Positions 55,071-64,000 of a stretch of 64,000 nucleotides of DNA are shown here, piece by piece; position 1 is the stretch's first letter; each line of letters starts with the position of its first letter. The translations under genes were made by a program, and so were the position numbers. The stretch is from an uncultured Acidobacteriota bacterium (GTDB lineage: Bacteria > Acidobacteriota > Vicinamibacteria > Vicinamibacterales > UBA2999): assembly GCA_963728305.1 (NCBI GenBank), contig CAVSKE010000028.1, positions 73,064-137,063 of the forward strand, in the 5' to 3' direction. The notes below the pieces were generated by a model that saw nothing but the letters and a program-made list of their open reading frames with translations, did not search any database and had not been told where the DNA came from.

Positions 55071-57691
55071 ATGACGCTCTCGGCTGGCACGCGGCTGGGT
55101 CCATATCGAATCACCGGCGTCCTGGGTGTGGGCGGGATGGGAGAGGTCTATCGCGCGCACGATTCGAAGCTTGGTCGCGACATCGCCTTGAAGATCCTGC
55201 CTGCAGCCTTTCAGGCGGATCCCGATCGCCTGGCGCGCTTCGAGCGCGAGGCGCGGACGCTTGCCTCGCTGAACCACCCCAACATCGCCACGATCTACGG
55301 GCTCGAGCAGCATGGGGGTGTCCATTCGCTCGTACTGGAGTTGGTTGACGGCGTGACGCTGCACGACATGATCACCGGCGTCGCATCACCGGGCGGCGAG
55401 TCAGGCGGGCGCTCGGGCGCGTCGATGCCGATCGACGAGGCACTGGCCATCGCCACGCAGATCGTTGACGCCCTCGATGCCGCCCATGATGGCGGTATCG
55501 TGCATCGCGATCTCAAACCGGCCAACATCAAGGTCACTGACGACAGACGTGTGAAGGTGCTCGACTTCGGCCTGGCCAAGGCCATGGATGCGGGCCGCTC
55601 AGGATCGTCGCCGGCCAATCTGTCTCTCTCGCCGACGTTTGCGGTCGGTGCCACGTCTACGGGCGTCATCCTGGGGACGGCCGCGTACATGAGCCCCGAG
55701 CAGGCTCGGGGCAGGACCGTGGACAAGCGGTCTGATGTCTGGGCGTTCGGCTGCGTGCTCTACGAGATGCTTACAGGGCGAGTGGCGTTCCCGGGCGAGA
55801 CGCTGTCGGACACGATCGTCTCGATTCTCGATCGATCGCCGGACTGGTCCGCGCTTCCGGCCGCCACGCCGCCGGCGCTGGCGCGGCTCCTTCGCCGGTG
55901 CCTCGAGAAGGATTCGCGCAAGCGGCTCCGCGACATCGGCGATGCGCGGTTCGATCTCGAGGATGTGCAGGGACGAGAGTCCCCGTCGATTCCGCTCGAG
56001 GTTCGGACGCGCGAGCGCGACGTCGCGTTTCAACGACTTACTGACGCCGAAGCGCTCAAAGAAACGCCGGCCGTGTCTCCCGACGGCAAGATGGTGGCGT
56101 TCGTCTCGATCGTCGATGGTACGCGACAGCTGTGGATTCGGATGCTCGCTGGCGGCGCGGTGCTGCAACTGACGCGTGACAACGTGGATCACATGTATCC
56201 CCGCTGGGCGCCAGACTCGAGCACGCTGATTTTCTACACACCGTCGCTGACCGAGTCGGAAGAGGGAATCATCTGGGAAATCGGCGCACTTGGGGGATGG
56301 CCGCGCCGGATTATTACCGCATCAGGTGCAGGTGACATCAGCCACGACGGACGGCGCCTCGTGCTGCTGCAAGCGGAAGGTGATCAGTTGGCGCTGGTTG
56401 TTGCCGCCCGAGACGGGTCGAGTCCCACGCGAGTGGCACTGCTGCCACCTGAAACGTACCACTTCCCTCGTTGGGCGCCCGACGACCGATCCGTTGCAAT
56501 CCAACGTCTCGGACATGCCGGCTTCGACGGTCACATTGACGTCGTGAACGTCGCGACCGGTGACCGGCACGAAGCGGTGAGCGGGAACGTGGCTGCAGGG
56601 ATTCGCCTGGCTGCACGACGGTTCGGGATTCGTCTACAGCGCGTCACGCGGCAGCACGATGCTGTATCCCCCTGCGTTTCATCTTCGCCGCGTTCGTATC
56701 GACGGCAATGGCGACCGGCAGCTGACGTTCGGGGATCACTCCTACGTCGAGCCGGACGTTCACAGCTCGGGGAAGCTCGTCGCCGGGCAGACGCTCAGCC
56801 GATCCGACATCTGGAAGTTTCCCGTGACGGGCACGCCAGCCGAGAACACACGCGACGGGGTTCGGATCACGCGGCAGACGGGCCGGGTTCAGGTGCCGTC
56901 GGTCAGCCCGGATGAACGGGAGGTCGTATTCGTCTCGGATACTGGCGGGCACTCGAACCTGTGGGTTGCACGTACCGACGGCACAGGCGTGCGGCCGATC
57001 ACGTTCGAGACGGACCCTGGCGTCGCGATCGGCGTTCCGGTGTGGTCGCCACGCGGCGACTGGATTGCGTTTGTCCGATCCGACAACAGTCGAGCAGCGA
57101 CGTGGGGAATCCGCCCCGACGGCAGCGGTCTTCGGCTGGTCGCAGCGGGTTGGGCACCGTGCTGGTCCGCCGACGGCCGATGGCTGTACCACTGGCACCT
57201 GGCTGAGCCTCGCGGCATCGAGCGGATTCCGATCGAGGGCGGCCCGTCAGAATCCGTTCATCCTGGAGGCGAGCTGATTCTTCCGGCCATCACGCCTGAC
57301 AACTCGACGCTCTTCCTCTTCCAAGCCGCAACTCTCACCGAACCGAGGCGTGTTTGGCGCAGGACTTCACGAATTCGTCCGAGCCGCCCCTCCTGACAGT
57401 GCGGGCGAGAGGCTCACTCGTATTTCTGGTCACCGGCTGCCGGCCCGGATCGGGAGCATGGTCCTGGCGCCGAACGGGCACTATCTGGCGACGTCTCTCA
57501 TCGACGGCGGCACCACGAACCTGTGGCTCGTCCCGACCGATGGTGGGCCGATGAAGCCGGTCACCGATTTCGGTGAACGGTCCGTCGTGATCGCACGTAG
57601 CATGTCATGGTCGGCGGACAGCCAGTTCCTCTACGCGGCAGTGGCCGACGTGCAAACGGACATCGTCCTGCTCGACGGCTTGCTTGTCTGA
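55071..57691 (+). CDS. Ser/Thr protein kinase fused to TolB-like PD40 beta-propeller repeats; frame-disrupted
   Basis: [38 protein letters not shown] and YMSPEQ. PD40-type repeats follow ([42 protein letters not shown]). About 2-3 indels are needed. Confidence 0.85.
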
Positions 57692-57702
57692 GTGAACGTC
57701 CT

Positions 57703-58957
57703 TCACGCGTACATGCCGCGCAGCTTCGTCACGTTGCCGACGCGCGAGATGGCGACGATGTAGGCGGCGGTCCGCAGATCGACCTTGTACTTGAGCGACG
57801 GTCTGCAGCACGTCGTCGAACGCCTCGATCATCTTCTTCTCGAGGCGCGTGTTCACCTCGTCCAGCTCCCAGAAGTAGCCGTAGCGATCCTGCACCCACT
57901 CGAAGTACGAGCGTGGTGACGCCGCCGGCGTTGGCGAGGATGTCGGGAATCACGAACACACCGCGCTCGTGCAGGTGCTTGTGGGCGTCGGGCGTGGTCG
58001 GACCGTTGGCGCCTTCGGTGAGCACCTTGGCCTTGATACGCGGCGCGTTCTCCATCGTGATCTGATTCTCGAGCGCGGCGGGGATCAGGATGTCGACGTC
58101 CAGCCCCCAGAAGTCGTCGGCGTCCAGAGCGTCGCGCGCCGGGGAAACCGGCGACGGTCTTGTGCTGCTGGGTGTGCGCGAGCAGCGTCGCGAATGTCGA
58201 GGCCCTTCGGGTTGTGGACGCCGCCCTTCCAGTCGGTGACCGCGACGATCTTCGCGCCGATGGCGGCGAGCAGGTCGGCAGAGACTGAACCGACGTTGCC
58301 GAAGCCCTGGACGGCGACCGTCGCGCCCTTGATGTCGAACCCGAGATGCTTCGCGGCTTCGCGCGTGACGATCATCACGCCGCGGCCGGTCGCTTCACGG
58401 CGGCCCAGCGAGCCACCCATCTCGATCGGCTTGCCCGTGACGACGGCGGTCTCGGTGTGGCCGACGTGCATGCTGTAGGTGTCCATCACCCACGCCATGA
58501 CCTGATCGTTGGTGTTGACGTCGGGCGCGGGCACGTCCTTCTCGGGACCGATGGCGTCGATGATCTCGGCGACGTAGCGGCGCGTGAGCGCCTCGAGCTC
58601 GCGCTTCGACATCCGCGTCGGATCGCAGACGATGCCGCCCTTGCCGCCGCCGAACGGGATGTGGGCCACCGCGCACTTCCACGTCATCCAGGCCGCCAGC
58701 GCCGTGACCTCGTCGAGCGACACGTCGGGGTGATAGCGGATGCCGCCCTTGGCCGGACCGAGCGTGATGTTGTACTGGACGCGGTAGCCGGTGAAGACCT
58801 CGATCTCGCCGTTGTCCATCAGCACCGGACACGAGACGATGATCTGCCGCTTGGGATGCGTGAGAATCCGCCAGATGCCGGGGTCGAGTTTGAGGATGCG
58901 GGCGGCGCTGTCGAACTCCTTGAGCATCGCGCCGAAGATGCTGCCGTGCTCGGACAT
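57703..58957 (-). CDS. gdh: Glu/Leu/Phe/Val dehydrogenase (glutamate dehydrogenase-like); frame-disrupted
   Basis: [29 protein letters not shown] and [11 protein letters not shown], with the end [11 protein letters not shown]...RGMYA-TGA at 57703 read from other frames. Confidence 0.9.
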
Positions 58958-59018
58958 TGGCCCATAGTAATGGATGTCGTTCGCGGTTCGTGATTCGAGC
59001 AGACGATATAATCCAGCT

Positions 59019-60610
59019 ATGGGAGATCCTCCGCATCGCACACGCGAAACGTCCGGTCGAACGGCTGTATACGCCGGAGAGCGTCGCGTCGATCGACTAC
59101 GCGCGCGACCTCGCCGATCCGGGGCAGTTCCCGTACACGCGCGGCATTCACTCCACCGGCTACCGCGGCAAGCTCTGGACGATGCGGCAGTTTGCCGGGT
59201 TCGGGACGCCGGAAGAGACCAACGAGCGCTACCGTCGGCTGCTCGAGGCGGGCGGCACCGGGCTCAGCGTCGCGTTCGATCTGCCGACGCTGATGGGCCG
59301 CGATCCCGATCACGAGCTCTCGCTCGGCGAAGTCGGGAAGTGCGGCGTCAACGTGACCTCGCTCGCCGACATGGAGGTGCTGTTCGCCGGCATCGACCTC
59401 GGCGCGATCACCACGTCGATGACGATCAACGGTCCGGCGTCGATGATCCTGGCGATGTATCTGGCGCTGGCCGAGCAGCGCGGGCACGGACTGGACGACG
59501 CTGTCGGGCACGATTCAGAACGACATCCTGAAGGAGTTCATCGCCCAGAAGGAGTTCATCTATCCGCCCGGGCCGTCGATGCGGCTGGTCACCGACGTCT
59601 TTGCCTTCTGCACCGAGCACGTGCCGCGGTGGAACACGATTTCGGTGAGCGGCTATCACATCCGCGAAGCCGGTGCGACGGCGGCGCAGGAGCTGGCGTT
59701 CACGCTGCGCGACGGCATCGAGTACGTGCAGTACGGGATCGACGCCGGGCTCGACGTGGACGCGTTCGCGCCGCGGATCTCGTTCTTCTTCAACTCGCAC
59801 AGCGACTTCTTCGAGGAGATCGCCAAGTTCCGCGCCGCGCGCCGCATCTGGGCGCGGGTGATGCGCGATCGCTTCAAGGCGCAGTCGCCGCGATCCTGGC
59901 AGCTCCGGTTTCACGCGCAGACGGCCGGCGTGTCGCTCACCGCCCAGCAGCCATACAACAACGTCGTGCGGACGGCGCTGCAGGCGATGGCGGCGGTGCT
60001 TGGCGGCACGCAGTCGCTGCACACCAACGCGCTCGACGAGGCGCTGGCGCTGCCGACCGAGGAAGCCGCGACGCTGGCGCTGCGGACGCAGCAGATCATC
60101 GCGCACGAAACCGGGCGTGACCGACCTGACCGATCCGCTCGGTGGGTCGTACTTCCTCGAGTCGCTGACCGAGCAGCTCGAGAAAGAGGCGCTGGCCTAC
60201 TTCGACACCATCGATCGCATGGGCGGCATGGTCGCCGCCATCGAGCGCGGCTACCCGCAGCGAGAGATTGCCGAGAGCGCGTACCGCGCGCAGCAGGCCG
60301 TCGAATCGAAGGAACAGGTCATCGTCGGCGTGAACGACTTCGTCGAGATCGGGGGCCGAAGGCGTCGGCACGCTCTACATCGACGAGACGGCCGGCGAGC
60401 GTCAGCTGGCCCGGCTCGAGGCAGTTGCGCGCGCGGCGCGACGCGGCCGAGGTCCGCAGGACGCTGGCGGCGCTGCAGGCGGGCGCCAGGAGCGGGTCGA
60501 ACACGATGCCGCTGCTGCTCGACGCGGCCCGCGCGTATGCGACGGTCGGGGAAATGTGCGACAGCCTGCGCGAGGTCTGGGGCGAGTACGTCGAGACGCC
60601 GATAGTCTGA
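59019..60610 (+). CDS. methylmalonyl-CoA mutase family, large (substrate-binding) subunit; frame-disrupted
   Basis: [71 protein letters not shown] and [17 protein letters not shown]. The start is proposed as ATG(G)GAG = [20 protein letters not shown] after removing one G. Confidence 0.9.
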
Positions 60611-60641
60611 GGCTGTGCGGGTCGTCAGACCGCGGTGAAAA

Positions 60642-61094
60642 ATGCGCCAGAAAATCCGAGTCGTCATCGCCAAGCCCGGGCTCGACGGCCACGACCGCGG
60701 CGCCAAGGTCATCGCCCGCGCGCTGCGGGACGCCGGCATGGAGGTAATCTATACGGGCCTTCGCCAGACACCTGAGCAGATTGTCGGCGCCGCTCTGCAG
60801 GAAGACGCCGACGTGATTGGTCTGTCCATCCTTTCCGGCGCGCACATGCACATCTGCCCTCGGGTGATGGAGCTGTTGCGCGAGAAGGGGCTGACCGATG
60901 TGCTCGTCGTCGTCGGCGGCATCATTCCGGACGCCGACGTGCCGAGGCTGAACGAGGTGGGTGTGCGGGGAATCTTCCAGCCGGGTACGCCGATGCAGGA
61001 GATCGTAGACTTCATCAATCGCCACGCCCGGACGCGCGTGGCAACATCTAGTTCGAAGGGGGACCGTGACGCACAAGCTCCTGCTCGCCGATGA
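60642..61094 (+). CDS. cobalamin-binding subunit of the split acyl-CoA mutase
   Basis: Intact, with [35 protein letters not shown] (DxHxxG B12 motif) and GLSILSGAH. Confidence 0.9.
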   Translation: MRQKIRVVIAKPGLDGHDRGAKVIARALRDAGMEVIYTGLRQTPEQIVGAALQEDADVIGLSILSGAHMHICPRVMELLREKGLTDVLVVVGGIIPDADVPRLNEVGVRGIFQPGTPMQEIVDFINRHARTRVATSSSKGDRDAQAPARR

Positions 61095-62101
61095 CAGCGT
61101 GACCATTCAGCGCGTCGTCGAGCTGACGTTCTCGGGCGAGGACGTGCAGGTGATCACCGTCGGGGATGGGGAACAGGCCATCGCGCGCATTCCCGTCGAG
61201 CGGCCCGACATCGTCCTGGCCGACATCGGGATGCCGAAGCGAAGCGGCTACGACGTCGCCGGCGTTCGTGAAGGGACGGCCCGATCTGGCGCACATCCCC
61301 GTGCTGCTGCTGGCCGGTGCCTTCGAGCCCGTCGACGATGCCCGCGCGCAGCAGGTGAAGTGCGACGGCGTGCTGGTGAAGCCGTTCGAGCCGCAGCAGG
61401 TCGTGGCGCGCGTGCGCGAGCTGGTCGAGGGCGTCAAGGAGAGAGGCGCACGTCTCCGATGTTCGCGCCCGAGCCGGCCGCGGCGTCCCGCCGACACCAC
61501 TGCCGTCGCTTCGAGCCGAACGTGTGACCGGCGGCCGAACCGGCGCGGAAAGCCGAGTCGAAACTCGACGACTACTTCCAGGGTCTCGACGCGGCGCTCG
61601 CCGTGCTCGACAACAAGGTCGAGAGCCGCCCGCAGGGACACCCGAGATCGACGACTTCAGGGCCTCAGAGGTGCCGACGCTCGAGAAGCTGCTCGGCTCG
61701 ACGCCGCTGCGCGATGACGGCCGGTCCAGCCGCAGACGTCGTCGTATGCATCGCCCATCGCGCCGTCGATGATCGACGCGATCAGCGGTCATGCCCGCAA
61801 CGCCGAGCCTGCACCGGCGACGCCACCCGGCGATGGCGGCAATGTCATCCTCGACGCCTTCAATGCGCTGCTCGCGATGGAGCAGGGCGAACCGAGACCG
61901 ACGACGCGTGCGACCGCGCCTGCCGCCGCACCCACTGTCGTCACCGACGAGCTCGTGGACGAGGTGACTCGCCGCGTGCTCGAGCGTCTGGCGCCGAACG
62001 CCGCCCGCGATCTGGTCAAGCAGGTCGTCGGCGAGGTCGCCGAACGTCTGATTCGAGAGGAAATCGCGCGCATCAAAGCCGCCGCGAACACGAAGCGCTG
62101 A
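61066..62101 (+). CDS. response regulator (receiver domain) with Pro/Ala-rich linker and conserved helical C-terminal domain; frame-disrupted
   Basis: The GTG start is followed by [16 protein letters not shown]. Also [25 protein letters not shown] and VLVKPF. The C-terminus is [48 protein letters not shown]. It overlaps the preceding gene by 29 nt. Confidence 0.75.
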
Positions 62102-62107
62102 ACGGGC

Positions 62108-62241
62108 ATTGGTGATTGCTGATTTTTGATTGGGGATTGGTTGTTGATTGCTGATTGGTGATTGCTGATTGAAGGCCAATCACCACTCGACAATCGAAGA
62201 TCACCAATTTATTCGATAATCAAAGATCACAAATCGTCAAT
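62108..62241. repeat. 134-nt inverted heptamer array (ATTGNNG x9 / complementary CNNCAAT-type x about 9)
   Basis: The left arm has ATT at 62108, 15, 22, 29, 36, 47, 54, 61 and 68 (period 7, with one 4-nt insertion). The centre is TGATTG-AAGGC-CAATCA. The right arm has CAAT at 62177, 62191, 62205 and 62238 (period 7/14). It ends on the valS ATG. Confidence 0.85.
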
Positions 62242-64000
62242 GGACCGACTGCAGATCAACCTTCCAGAGAAGCCGGCACTAGAAGGCCTCGAGGCGAAGT
62301 GGACCGCGAAATGGGAAGCGGACGGCACCTACCGCTTCGAGCCCGGTGATCGTCCGCGCGATCAGATCTATTCGATCGATACACCGCCGCCGACGGTCAG
62401 CGGGTCGCTCCACGTCGGCCACGTGTTCTCGTACACGCACACCGATGTCGTCGCGCGCTTCCAGCGCATGCGCGGCAAGGCCGTGCTCTATCCGATGGGC
62501 TGGGACGACAACGGCCTGCCGACCGAGCGCCGCGTGCAGAACTACTACGGCGTGCGCTGCGATCCGTCGCTGCCGTACGATCCGGCGTTTCGTTCCGCCG
62601 GACAAGCCCGGCAAGCAGCCGATCTCCGTCTCGCGTCCGAACTTCATCGAGCTGTGCGCGCGGCTGACGGCCGAGGACGAGAAGGCGTTCGAGCACCTGT
62701 GGCGATACGCTCGGTCTCTCGGTGGAGTGGTCGCGCACCTACGCGACGATCGATCGCCGCTCACAGAGGGTGTCGCAGACGGCGTTTCTGCGACTGCTGA
62801 AGAAGGGCGCCGCGTATCAGCTCGAAGCGCCCACGTTGTGGGACGTCGATTTCCGAACCGCGGTCGCTCAGGCCGAGCTCGAGGATCGCGAGCAGCCTGG
62901 CGCCTATCATCGCATTGCGGTTCGCGAAGCCCGGACGGTCGACGTACGTCGAGATCGAGACGACGCGCCCGGAGCTGATCCCTGCGTGCGTCGCGCTCGT
63001 CGCGCATCCTGACGACGAGCGCTACAAGCCGCTGTTCGGCACCGAGGTGCTGACGCCGCTGTTCAACGTGCCCGTGCCGGTGAAGGCGCACAGCCTGGCC
63101 GATCCGGAAAAGGGCAGCGGCATCGCGATGATCTGTACGTTCGGCGATCTCACCGACGTCACGTGGTGGCGTGAGCTGTCGCTGCCGGTGCGGGCGGTCA
63201 TCATGCCAACGGCGCGCTCGCGCCGCTCACGTGGGGCACGCGACGGTTGGGAGTCGCGTGACGCGAGCCGGCGCGCAGACGGCCTACGACCAGCTGGCGA
63301 ACCTGTCAGCGGCAAAGGCCCGCGCGCGCATCGTCGAGCTGCTGCGCGAGTCCGGCGATCATGATTGGCGAACCGCGCCCGATCACGCATCCGGTGAAGT
63401 TCTACGAGAAGGGCGATCGTCCGCTCGAGATCGTCACCAGCCGGCAGTGGTTCATCAAGACGATGGAGTTCCGTGAGGCGCTGCTGGCGCGAGGCAGTGA
63501 GCTGCAGTGGCATCCGGAGTACATGCGCGTCCGTTACGAGAACTGGGTCAACGGCCTGGCCGGCGACTGGTGCGTCAGCCGGCAGCGGTTCTTCGGCGTG
63601 CCGTTCCCGGTGTGGTATCCGGTGCGCGCCGACGGCACCGTGGACTACGAGCGGCGACTGCGTGCCGGATGAGTCGCGCCTGCCGATCGATCCGTCAACG
63701 GACGTGCCCGACGGCTACACCGCGGCAGCAGCGCAATCAGCCCGGCGGCTTCATCGGCGATCCGGACATCATGGACACGTGGGCGACGTCGTCGGTGACG
63801 CCGCAGATCGTCTCGGGGTGGCTCGACGATCCGGAGTTGTTCGCGCGCGTGTTTCCGATGGATCTGCGGCCGCAGGCGCACGACATCATCCGCACGTGGC
63901 TGTTCGACACGGTCCTGCGCGCGCACCTCGAGCACGACTCGCTGCCGTGGCGGCACGCGGCGCTCTCGGGCTGGGTGCTCGATCCGGATCGCAAGAAGAT
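62240..64000 (+). CDS. valS: valine--tRNA ligase (3' end outside window); heavily frame-disrupted
   Basis: IDTPPPTVSGSLHVGHVFSYTHTDVVARFQRMRGKAVLYPMGWDDNGLPTERRVQNYYGV, ICTFGDLTDVTWW, WCVSRQRFFGVPFPVWY and DIMDTWATSS. About 8 indels are needed. Confidence 0.95.

Noticed and set aside
62102-62239. T-box leader upstream of valS (and of trpS at about 33650)
   Set aside because: I could not recognise a conserved T-box sequence or specifier-loop architecture. The valS upstream region is simple heptamer repeats, and trpS overlaps the preceding gene.

Overview
High-GC (about two thirds G+C by eye) bacterial chromosomal segment, densely packed with about 56 protein genes and one tRNA-Thr(CGU). Several gene families point to Acidobacteria: a TIGR03436-type VWA protein, a PadR plus ADOP duplicated-permease pair, a Ser/Thr kinase fused to PD40 repeats, and an M56/BlaR1-TonB fusion. 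This placement is inferred from recognised motifs, not from a database search. Content is mostly housekeeping: uvrA, uvrC, leuCD, leuA, efp, tdk, trpS, scpAB, rluB, cmk, rpsA, ihfB, asd, gdh, split methylmalonyl-CoA mutase and valS. Stress and envelope genes are also present (hsp20-htrA-mscS, Kef-type antiporter, TonB paralogs, arylsulfatase). I found no CRISPR array, transposase, integrase, prophage or canonical defence operon. Three things stand out. (1) About three quarters of the genes, including essential ones, can only be read after single-nucleotide frame corrections. I interpret this as assembly or base-calling indels, and gene ends in disrupted genes are approximate. (2) At least six gene boundaries carry locus-specific tandem 7-9 nt repeats arranged as inverted arrays. 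They resemble cyanobacterial STRR elements and abut start or stop codons; the largest is 134 nt, directly in front of valS. (3) A translationally coupled BlaI / M56-peptidase / twin-TonB_C module is followed by a free-standing twin-TonB_C paralog. Secondary curiosities are a membrane-anchored MutS-domain-V ATPase divergent from mpg, a structured rpsA leader, a Lys/Ala-rich histone-like gene interrupting cmk-rpsA-ihfB synteny, and a recurring GCGGGTC...GACCCGC hairpin family. None of these is demonstrably a new system from sequence alone. All calls rest on reading the sequence and the supplied ORF track.
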